Source: Eledone cirrhosa
Lineage: Eukaryota
NCBI GenBank assembly: GCA_964016885.1
Contig: OZ024757.1
Location: forward strand, 1,240,001 to 1,304,000
Direction of reading: 5' to 3'
Length of the DNA: 64,000 nucleotides
In this document: positions 53,084 through 64,000 of the stretch, piece after piece
Layout: each line of letters begins with the position of its first letter
How positions within the stretch are numbered: position 1 is the first letter of the stretch
Made by a program: the position numbers and the translations under genes
The notes under the pieces: model-generated
Told to the model about the DNA's origin: nothing
The model's database searches: none
Seen by the model: the letters and a program-made list of their open reading frames with translations, nothing else

Positions 53084-53663
53084 CCCACTCTCCAGGGCGT
53101 CAAATTAATAAACATTCGTTGTACTGCCTCTCTGTTTTGTTCCTGTTCAAATTTTTCCATTATATATATAATGGAAAAATTTCTTGTAAATAAACATTCA
53201 CTTCCATCCTGACGTCACTAGCCCCGTTTTTTCCTCATGTGCTTTTTCATAAATACACATGAAGGCGAACTAGCCAGTTTTAGAATTTCCTTTTTCGGAT
53301 TATATTACTGTGAGAGCCCTGGTTTCTGTTGAGCTCTGCTGATGAATGAAATCCAACCGTGACCATCTCCACTAAAAGTTTTCATGAAATAGTCTTTTAA
53401 GACTATACAGAGCATTTGATGTTATTCCAAATTGAAGGATAAGTGTTTCAAACTTTATTTTATCATGAGTTAAAGGTCTATAGATTTTTCCCTGGATTTT
53501 ACTAAATTCTGTGGATGAATTTATATCCTGATTCTCTTTTGAGATGAGTTTGAGTTATTTTTCCTAAATCTTTCGTTAACTACTTTTCCCATCTTGACGT
53601 TATAATCGCATATATGTTATAAAATGCCGTTAGCTTCTTGCTAAAACAATCTCTATACCTCTC

Positions 53664-53731
<68 letters not shown>

Positions 53732-54029
53732 ATGTATGTATGTATATGCGTATATTCATATGCACACCCACACATACATACATACATACATCCACCCACC
53801 CACACACACATACACCCATACCTACATACACCCATACTTACATACACACCCATACATATATACACACATACACACATACCCACACATACATACATACACA
53901 CACCCATACATAGTAAAAGTGTTAAAACAATTAAACAAAATTCAAAGTTTGAAAGTCACAGCTGGTGTGTGTGTGTGTGTGTGTGTGCATATACACACAC
54001 ACACACACGCACGCACACACACATATATC

Positions 54030-54196
54030 TATAACAAAGGAGTTGTGGTCAGGAACCAGATGGACTATAACGCACCAGAGTACACAAAATAGGAAAAAGT
54101 ATGTCACCGACGGCAGAGCTCAAGCCGTTTCGACGGCTATTTCTATAATAGCCGTCGAAACGGCTTGAGCTCTGCCGTCGGGGTCATACTTTTTCC

Positions 54197-54200
<4 letters not shown>
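54030..54200. mobile_element. Tiny fold-back relic of the Naiad pLTR (palindrome 54089-54199 built from the hammerhead 3' half)
   Basis: CCGACGGCAGAGCTCAAGCCGTTTCGACGGCTATT / AATAGCCGTCGAAACGGCTTGAGCTCTGCCGTCGG. Confidence 0.85.
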
Positions 54201-54231
<31 letters not shown>

Positions 54232-54472
54232 TGGTATATGTGTTCACACACAGACATATATATATATATATGTGTGTGTGTGAGTGTGTGTGTGTGTATG
54301 TGTGTACACACACAGATATATATATATATGTGTGTGTGTGTATGTGTGTACACACACACATATATATGTATATATATATGTTAAGTGTTTCCGTAGAAAG
54401 GGTAAAGGAAAGAGTGCTCTATATATAGTAGAGAGCTATTTAATTATGTAATAAACAACACAATATAATTAT

Positions 54473-54541
54473 TCCATTACCCAAGGTTTCACGAAGTCAG
54501 ACGATAGTAAGAGAGGTGTCTGAAGTCGTTCATCAGATAGA
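54473..54541 (-). ncRNA. Hammerhead ribozyme motif
   Basis: Minus strand UCUAU-CUGAUGA-ACGACUUCAGAC[..]GUCUGACUUCGU-GAAA-CCUUGGG-UA-AUGGA. Host element 54383-54620 is related to 22104-22280. Confidence 0.78.
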
Positions 54542-54942
54542 AATCTGTTAGAATATTCTGACTTCGTGAAACCTTAGGTAATGGATAGTGTGTTGTTTAT
54601 TATGTGATTAAACAATTTCCTTCTTTCTTACATTTGGATTCATCTCGAAAGGTCTTTTTTCTACGCGCTCATATATTCACCCAGCTTATGCTGACAGAAT
54701 AACTATGTAGCTTGTGCCCTTCCTATCTACGGTTAGCTTTCCTCTTTGTTGTTTACTTGTTTCACTCGCTTTACGCGTTTTAATTGTCCTAATAACTTAA
54801 TTTAGTTATTATTGCACCAACGTGAGGTATATGATTTTTAATGCAATGAAATATCTATGATCGTTGGCAAATCACTGATGAGGGACTCATTTTATAACAG
54901 GTTATCCATGTGCAACCTGCAGTATTCTTCTCCCCATTTTTT

Positions 54943-55004
<62 letters not shown>

Positions 55005-55180
55005 GTTCTCATTTTAAACTTATTACGGATTAAGCTATGACCTCTGACCTATACTTGCCTCTAAGTATTCCTCTGAACATACCATTAATGGTAAAATTCG
55101 TTTGCTGTTGTATAGATTGAACTTCCTTCCAGCAACATCATTGAAGACATTTATATATATATATTAGTTTTATATATATA

Positions 55181-56289
55181 CTAGCAGTAAAGCCCGGCGT
55201 TGCTCGGGGTCGCTCAGTAGCTGTGTTAAAGTTACAATGTTAAGTTTCTTTTTTGGCTTAAAAACTGTAGTGTCTACTGTGCAGACTTGCATGTGGTGTT
55301 TTTGATTAATATTCCCTCAACCAACAATATGCCTTATGAAGTTAAGAAAACATAACGATAACCCGAATGTTATAACAAAAGAGGATGCTGGAGATAAAAA
55401 CTACACTGGTTATTTATTAACAAAGATCGAAAATGTAAACACTGCAACGCAGAGAAAAACATTAGCGTAACCAAATTATCAGTTATGTCTGTCTGCACGC
55501 CTATATCACCTCTCTGCACGACTGTCTGTCTGCACGCGTATATCACCTCTCTGCACGACTGTCTGTCTGCACGCGTATATCACCTCTCTGCACGACTATC
55601 TGTCTGCACGCGTATATGACCTCTCTGCACGCCTAACGAAATTTACAGATACATATATTTTAAATAAACTTATATAATTTTTGCTTTTTTTTACGAAATA
55701 TTTGCTTGTTTTACGTAGTCTTTAAATAGACTTGTTTTCAAGTAAAAATATTGTTTTAAAAGGCTTTTAAATGGAAATGAAGCAAAACGGAAGCTTAGTG
55801 TTCGAACTGATGAATTTTGCAGGTCAAAATTTTGCTGGCTCGACAACTGTTCGTGTATTATGTTAATGTCATTTTAAACGCTGAGAAAGCCAGCGTAATT
55901 TTTTTAATTTTTGCCAGCGTAATTTTTTTAATTTTTGCACGCAGAAAATGTAAACAGAACGTAAGACGCTACGCTGAATGTAAACAGAACAAAGGGAAAT
56001 CATTTTTTTTATTTTTGCACGCAGAAAATGTAAAGAGAACGTAAGACGCTACGCTGAATGTAAACAGAACAAAGGGAAATAACTGATCACTTACGCTCAA
56101 AAATCGATACATTATATTCGATTTCGTCAGATAGGGCGGGTCAATTTGAAATATTTTTTTTCCGATGTCTTCGCTAGGGCTCAATGTACAAGTATAGCAA
56201 TTTCGGTGCAATTCCGTGAGAGATTCTAAGAGGAGATGTGTGCCAAAAATCGATAGACAGACAGACAACCTCAGTTTTATATATATAGA
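55181..56289 (-). mobile_element. Non-autonomous Helitron, copy 1
   Basis: Minus strand starts TC(TATATATATAAAACTG) and ends with hairpin CCCGAGCAACGCCGGG plus CTAG; inserted between A and T; internal 37-bp CTGT-rich minisatellite. Confidence 0.88.
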
Positions 56290-56310
56290 TATTAGTTTTA
56301 TATATATATA

Positions 56311-57680
56311 CTAGCAGTAAAGCCCGGCGTTGCTCGGGGTCGCTCAGTAGCTGTGTTAAAGTTACAATGTTAAGTTTCTTTTTTGGCTTAAAAACTGTAG
56401 TGTCTACTGTGCAGACTTGCATGTGGTGTTTTTGATTAATATTCCCTCAACCAACAATATGCCTTATGAAGTTAAGAAAACATAACGATAACCCGAATTA
56501 AAGTAAATTCAGCCTTATAAGACCGTAAAATTAATTTAAACGTTTAATAGGAAAAGTTTGCTAACCGTCGTAATAAAAAAATAAATATCAATAACTTACG
56601 AAGTAATGAACTCGCCGAACTTTTAAAGCGTTGTAGCATACAAAGGCAGTACAGTGCAAATGAAGCTATTAAACAAACTGGAGATTCCAATTCACTCTAC
56701 TAAAGATTTACTTAATCGTCTGCACATTCGCTAATCGTCTGCTCATTCCATAAAAGGGAAATAATCGCCTATATCACCTCTCTGCATGACTGTCTGTCTG
56801 CACGCCTATATCACCTCTCTGCATGACTGTCTGTCTGCACGCCTATATCACCTCTCTGCACGACTATCTGTCTGCACGCGTATATCACCTCTCTGCACGA
56901 CTGTCTGTCTGCACGACTGTCTGTCTGCACGCCTAACGAAATTTACAGATACATATATTTTAAATAAACTTATATAATTTTTGCTTTTTTTTACGAAATA
57001 TTTGCTTGTTTTACGTAGTCTTTAAATAGACTTGTTTTCAAGTAAAAATATTGTTTTAAAAGGCTTTTAAATGGAACTCTGCACGACTGTCTGTCTGCAC
57101 GACTGTCTGTCTGCACGCCTAACGAAATTTACAGATACATATATTTTAAATAAACTTATATAATTTTTGCTTTTTTTTACGAAATATTTGCTTGTTTTAC
57201 GTAGTCTTTAAATAGACTTGTTTTCAAGTAAAAATATTGTTTTAAAAGGCTTTTAAATGGAAATGAAGCAAAACGGAAGCTTAGTGTTCGAACTGATGAA
57301 TTTTGCTGGCTCGACAACTGTTCGTGTATTGTGTTAATGTCATTTTAAACGCTGAGAAAGCCAGCGTAATTTTTTTAATTTTTGCCAGCGTAATTTTTTT
57401 AATTTTTGCACGCAGAAAATGTAAACAGAACGTAAGACGCTACGCTGAATGTAAACAGAACAAAGGGAAATAACTGATCACTTACGCTCAAAAATCGATA
57501 CATTATATTCGATTTCGTCAGATAGGGCGGGTCAATTTGAAATATTTTTTTTCCGATGTCTTCGCTAGGGCTCAATGTACAAGTATAGCAATTTCGGTGC
57601 AATTCCGTGAGAGATTCTAAGAGGAGATGTGTGCCAAAAATCGATAGACAGACAGACAACCACAGTTTTATATATATAGA
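56311..57680 (-). mobile_element. Non-autonomous Helitron, copy 2 (different internal segment and a duplication of about 185 bp)
   Basis: Same termini as copy 1; A|TC...CTAG|T. Confidence 0.88.
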
Positions 57681-57851
57681 TTAGTTTTATATATATATAT
57701 TAGTTTTGCGAGGTTTTTGATATGAAATCGTGTGTCGAAACAAATATTGTTATACTTGGAGAGGGTCATATTTGTGTAATATTGCCAGAATTAATAAGAG
57801 ACTAAATAAAGATGGCGTCGAAAATACAATGCAACGGGAGGAAACAATAGC

Positions 57852-57893
57852 ACCACTGACGATGTTGCTGATGTGCAACGAAAGAACTTTGAT
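57852..57893 (+). ncRNA. Hammerhead motif (family of 20763)
   Basis: ACCA-CUGACGA-U-GUUGC[UGAUGU]GCAAC-GAAA-GAAC-UU-UGAU. Confidence 0.62.
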
Positions 57894-58098
57894 AAAGTAT
57901 ATATATGTGTTTGTGTCTATATTGTATCTGTATTTTTTTTTACCGTTGGTCAGTCAATGGTAACATTGAGGACCGAATACATTAGATTACCGATATAAAA
58001 GACACAGAAGCGAAAAGCGAAAACCAACCAAACAGTGAGTGTGTTCTGTTATTAATTCTGGCAATATTACACAAATATGACCCTCCCCAAGTATAACA

Positions 58099-58138
<40 letters not shown>

Positions 58139-58190
58139 ATATATTAATTCAAAATATTAATAAATATAGACATTCATGTAATCAAATATA

Positions 58191-58252
58191 TTTTATTATA
58201 TATATTTCAAAGGTACTGAGCTATTTCCTCAGTACGTCCTCATCAGATAAAA
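58191..58252 (-). ncRNA. Minimal hammerhead (sense pLTR, weakened stem II base)
   Basis: Minus strand UUUUAU-CUGAUGA-GGACGUACUGAG[..]CUCAGUACCUUU-GAAA-UAUAUA-UA-AUAAAA. Confidence 0.72.
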
Positions 58253-58511
58253 TATATAAATTGATGTATGACATACCTCAACTGTGCTGATGGTTCAATT
58301 CCAGTCTTGGCAGTGATTAATTATAACAAAACTCAATATTTATATACCATAAGCAGTAACATGACAAACTACATAGAATGGAGAGGGTGAGTAGGAAAAC
58401 ATGTAGAAAAAAATACATTAATAGAAAAATAAAATACATAAATACATAAGTACATAAATGTTAAATATTTAAAAAATTAAATATGTAAATATCCGTATTA
58501 GAGAAAAAAGC

Positions 58512-58584
<73 letters not shown>

Positions 58585-60050
58585 AAAGGAAAAGATAGAG
58601 AGATGAAGATAAAAACGAAGAGAGGGAGATATAGATGGTATAATATAACTACATAAGGAAAAGAAAGAAGAATATAGGTATATGTTGCGTGACCGGTTTT
58701 TTTTCAAATATTAAGTTAGGTAGAAACGATCAATTAAATACCGTGAAATGTTTACTCTATTATATTTGATAGAAATTATACTATTATATTATATCAAAAT
58801 TAAAACAATATAGAATAATATAAAATAATATAACAATTTCAATGATAATCTGGAGCAAATTTAAATTAGTAAATACATGCAATAATTTAGTTATAAAATT
58901 CAAAATTATAAATATTATTAACTAACAATGGTGCTTACAAATATAGTAAATATGATATTATTAAACTTAACTTGGATATTAGCAACTGTATATGCATTTT
59001 ATATGATTAGAAATATAAATATTATAAACAATACTATTTAAATCGATATTTGTCAATTACATATAGGATTAATTATTAGTTATATTTACACTTGAGAGTT
59101 TCATCCTTACGGGGTCGATAAAATAAAGTGCCAGTAATGTACTGGATAATTTCTGGCCTTGTGCCAATAGTAGAAACAATTATTATTTCGATTCAACCAA
59201 ATTTTACTGTATTCAATACTATAGATCAAGTTAAATACAGATTATTAATCAATTTGGATAAAACGAAACTTATACACGATAAATGTAAACAATATCTCCG
59301 TAGGACGTATCTAAACGTTTAAATTAATTAAACGGTTTGAAAGCCTGAAGATATTACAGATCTCAAATTTATAAAATTCAAGATTTAAAAAGAGGATTCT
59401 AAATCGAACTAAAGGTATTGAATCGATCAAGAGATTATCATACTCTTTTAAAGAACAGGTATGCATTTCCTAAGGTGAGGTAGAACATTATACACAATAT
59501 CAATAACAATAATAGCAATAATAGTAGCATTACAAGAATTATTAATAAGAGTCAATATCTTTTCTCACTCAGTCAATGTTTTTTCCTAATTTTATGTGAT
59601 GCTTGAAATGTTGTTGCAGATTTATGGAGGCAATTTGAGAATAACTCACTTTTTTTATTAATTAAATTAGCATAATTAGCAATTATTAATAGAGTCTCAG
59701 TATTGCAAAGATTGCAGTTAGGTGAGATAGAGTTATTCCGGTAAACTTCACAGTTCCGAAGTTTAGTCCAAGAGATTGAGTATTTTATATTTTTCTCTTT
59801 TAAAGACCATATTGATTGTGATAAAGAAGTAGAAATTTCTTATCCGGATTAGAAAAAGAATGTTTCTGATTGGAAAATCTCAGTTTAAAGTTCGATGAAG
59901 TTGCACCTATGTAGTTATAGGTCATATTATTATTTGCTTTAATGGTACATTTATATACTAAATTCTTATCAAGGCAGTTATTTTGCAAAGGGCATTCAGA
60001 TTTTCTTCTACAGTTACAGTTCGATTTCATGGTATTTCTATAATCTAAAC

Positions 60051-60112
60051 TTTTATCTGATGAGGACGTACTGAGGAAACAGCACAGTACCTCCGAAATA
60101 TATATAATAAAA
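60051..60112 (+). ncRNA. Minimal hammerhead ribozyme
   Basis: UUUUAU-CUGAUGA-GGACGUACUG[..]CAGUACCUCC-GAAA-UAUAUA-UA-AUAAAA. Confidence 0.85.
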
Positions 60113-60254
60113 TATATTTGATTACATGAATGTCTATATTTATTAATATTTTGAATTAATATTAATAACTCCAGAAAACTTTTCTTTTGAGTGCTTCTAA
60201 TCTATTGTAAAACAAGGTTCATTGATTAATCAATGAACCTTGTTTAACTTTTGG

Positions 60255-60340
<86 letters not shown>

Positions 60341-62079
60341 GATTTCTTTATTGGCCACAAGGGCTGACATCAAGAAAAACATCACAGACGGAACAGGACG
60401 GTACGATGTGGGTTTTGTGCGTGTAAATATTTTTATTATTTATATAAGAAAACAAAAAAGACATAAAACATATATATATATAAACAATAAAATGAAAATT
60501 GAAACAATGAAAAATTCCCCAATAGGGGGGAAACCTCCGAGGGTTATTCGTGGCGAAAACCACACAAAAGACCACGGCCACCCTGACTACCAGGGCAAGC
60601 GCCCTCTCTCAATTTTTCCATCTCTCAAACTACAGACGTATATTCAGAGCGGTCCTGTTCACTCGGACCATTCTCGCTACATTCACCCACCTTTCAACAA
60701 ACTTGCTAGAAGGCAGCACTTGCCTCTCCACCCTGATTTTCCTCTTCAAGTGAAACTTGAAAAAGTTAATCAGGGATTCGCCGAAGAGGAAAGTCTTTGT
60801 CTTTAATCCTTTTAACCTTGTCCACCACACAATCTCTTTCGCCATGGCCACCAGGCAGATGAAAACCGCCTGCCCTTCCTCCTCAAAGGAAGATGGCGAG
60901 ACCATCTGCACAATGGACTCAGTCGACAACCGGATCAGTCCCACACGTGACAGCAACTGTTCGACATAGCTCCACAAGTCAGCAATGCTCGGGCACTGAA
61001 CGAGTGCGTGCACAACGGTTTCGTCGCTATGCGCGCATCTCGGACAGGCTCGGCTGACGGCACTTCCGTGCCTGTAGAGCTTATCTCGAACCGGCAGCGC
61101 TCCCCGGTAGCACTGCCAGGCCAGGGATTTTTGGAAGTTATCCATATGCCCCGGGCTGAAAGTTCTCCGGAAGAGAGCAAGCAGCTGATCTTCTTCGACG
61201 CCCAGGATCTCTCCGAGAACGTCGTCGCTCTTCCCCTCCACTAGTCCTCTATAGAACGCCGAGGTGGATGTTCCACCGATACTGGTGCCCAACTGGGAGA
61301 GGGCAGTGAGCGCCTGGAGACATTCCAATTTCCAAGCGCTATCCCTCGGTCTTTTTCTGACCCAGGACTGCAGCTCCGTCAAGGAGACGAGCTGTGGGAA
61401 AATGTGCCTGGCGAACGGCGACCACACCCGTTCACCATCAAGGAAGCACCAGAGATGTCGCAGCCTCAGCGCATGTTTACGCATCATCAGCCATGGCATG
61501 CCCAGTCCTCCACGCAACGGGTGTTGACAGCAGATGAATCGTCTGACCATGGGAGCGCGTCCCTTCCACAAAAAGCGGAAGAGGAGGCGCTCCATTTTGG
61601 TGAGAGTTGGGCTGGAGCAAGGGACAACGGTGAGGCGGTAGCAGATGACGGATGCAATGTACGCATTCGCCACTTCCACCCGGCCTTTCAGGGACAGCCT
61701 CCTCTCAGCCCATTTCTGGGTGAGGGAGGCCACCCTGCTCGTCACCTCGTTCCAGTTTTTCTCCATCTGGAGGTCCGGTCCGAACCAGACCCCGAGCAAT
61801 TTAACCGGTCCGTCCGTCCAACGCCCCACGACGCTGTCGGGCGGCATGGACTTGCCTCTCCAGGTGCCTAGCTGCAAGCCCACCGACTTTTCCTGGTTTA
61901 TCTTTGCTCCTGTCACCGTTTCGTATTCCTTGAGAGCGGTGCCGAGCATCTGGACGTGTCTGGTGCTCGACACCACCACAGTGACGTCGTCAGCGTAAGC
62001 CGACTCGGATTTCCCGCATCCTAGTTCGCGTGGGACGCCCCTCATCGCCCCCAGTTTGTGCAGTAACGGCTCGAGAGCC
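60341..62079 (-). mobile_element. Young 5'-truncated Tx1-like LINE; ORF2 3' part open for about 480 codons (62079 to 60630)
   Basis: ALEPLL, AYADDV, GAKINQEKS, LSLKGRV, GGLGMP, CPRCAHSDETVVHALVQC. (AAT)n on both sides. Confidence 0.93.
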
Positions 62080-62147
<68 letters not shown>

Positions 62148-62634
62148 TGTTTCTACTTTTGGCACAAGACCAGCAATTACCCAAATAATAATATTACGTA
62201 TGTAGGGTGTGTGTATATGTGTACTTTGTGTTTTGTTTGACGTACGTCCGGGAACATATGTGTATTTACATGTAGGTATGTGTGTGCGCGCGTTATATAC
62301 GTATTTATGTGTGTATATATACGTTTATTTAATTATGTATACACGCACACACACACATATATATATATATTTTTTTATATATATTTTATGTGTATTTGGT
62401 GTATACATTCGTATGTGTGCGGGTACAGGCGTTGCGTGGGTTCTGTATGTGCGTGCGGGGTTTGTTTGTTTTTTGTTACGTGCTTGTATTTGCATACCCA
62501 TGGCGTGTGTTTTCGCGTATGCTTGTGTATGTACGTATTTGGATGCGTGTATGTATATATTTAGTTTCAATTACCTCTGTATTTTATTTACTTTATTCTT
62601 AACTATGAAGCCGAGAATCATTCAGTTTCCTAAA

Positions 62635-62915
62635 TAGAATTTTAGTCTACGACTTTAGTTATACCATTTACGTGGTTTTGTCTTTGCGTGTAATTGTTCT
62701 CAGCGATCCACATAATGACGTATTATTTTCGTTTTTTTTTCATTCATTGCCAGAGAACGTCTCCATGAACCACCTAATAGAATATTAGTCTACGACTTCA
62801 TTTATACCATAAATGTCGTTTTGTCTTTGCGTGTAATTGTTTTCACCGCACCAAATAATGACGTATTATCTTCGTTTTTTTCCGTTCTTTGCCAGGGAAC
62901 GTCTCCACGAACCAA
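62635..62915. repeat. Diverged tandem duplication, period about 143 bp
   Basis: TAGTCTACGACTT...TTTGTCTTTGCGTGTAATTGTT...GAACGTCTCCA occurs twice. Confidence 0.8.
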
Positions 62916-63275
62916 AGTATCGTCTTCCTGTCTTCCTTCGGTGGCAACGTTTTTTGAAATATTTACTTCTGCGTTCACAGATTGACTTTTTTAGTTTCAG
63001 AAGATCCCGTTAAGGGTGAAAGCAGCGATTCTTTGCTTAAACTTTAATCTGTTATTTTTATAAATATATATGTGCAGTGAAAGCAAGCAAGAGAAATATG
63101 CAATAAAGCCATGCAATAAAATGAGGTCTGTCCATAGTTCGATTTTACTATCAACTAGGTCTATTGGTTCATATATTGGTAGATCTCAATCTAATGGATC
63201 GAATTGTGATTTTGTCCTCTGAAACAATTGTAAACAAATGAATATTTTTCAAGAATTTTGGTTGTTTATTCTTCT

Positions 63276-63380
<105 letters not shown>

Positions 63381-63494
63381 TGTGTGTGTCTGTGTCTGTG
63401 TAGATATGTATATATATGTGTGTATATATATGTATATGTATATATATATATAAAAAAATATGTTTCATATATGGTACAATAGCAATATAACAGG

Positions 63495-63631
<137 letters not shown>

Positions 63632-63648
63632 GTGTGTATATATTTATA

Positions 63649-63803
<155 letters not shown>

Positions 63804-63831
63804 ATATATACATGTATATATATATATATAT

Positions 63832-63862
<31 letters not shown>

Positions 63863-63943
63863 CATATACACACATATATATATATATATATATATAAATA
63901 TATACATATATACACACATGTATATATATATATATATACGCAT

Positions 63944-64000
<57 letters not shown>

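Larger units (their letters stand above)
58143..60256 (-). mobile_element. 5'-truncated Naiad-like PLE (GIY-YIG remnant about 59600-60030, long AT-rich 3' UTR) with an inverted pLTR at 60051-60256
   Basis: CNCRRKSECPLQNNC..NLVYKC..YNYIG..FKLRF. 58143-58252 is the reverse complement of 60051-60160. Confidence 0.87.

Noticed and set aside
53335-53365. CTGATGA-AT-GAAA hammerhead-like core
   Set aside because: There is no room for stem II and no stem I complement.
54845-54895. GAAA...CTGATGAG as a hammerhead (also 7009-7050 on the minus strand)
   Set aside because: No stem II partner or correctly placed GAAA was found in any permutation.

Overview
Eukaryotic, AT-rich, apparently gene-free window made almost entirely of repeats. 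The SINE types, RTE/Dong/Tx1/Penelope mix and long (TA)n tracts suggest an octopus-like cephalopod genome (inference). Contents: a 6.2-kb 45-bp satellite derived from a SINE core; several minisatellites; RTE, R4/Dong-like and Tx1-like LINEs; two tRNA-derived SINE groups; two tandem non-autonomous Helitrons; and many Penelope-like elements (PLEs), including one apparently intact Naiad-type ORF (28394-30556). The main signal is one the ORF track does not show. About 20 type I hammerhead ribozyme (HHR) motifs from roughly 10 unrelated sequence families can be folded by eye, nearly all in elements embedded in (TA)n tracts. They include non-coding tandem units with one HHR per monomer (467, 583 and 998 nt; retrozyme-like), fold-back elements, and three families with a compensatory U3:A8 core (UUGANAA), one of them supported by covariation between copies. 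Most listed ORFs are artefacts of microsatellites or tandem repeats. All structures were read manually and none were computed.
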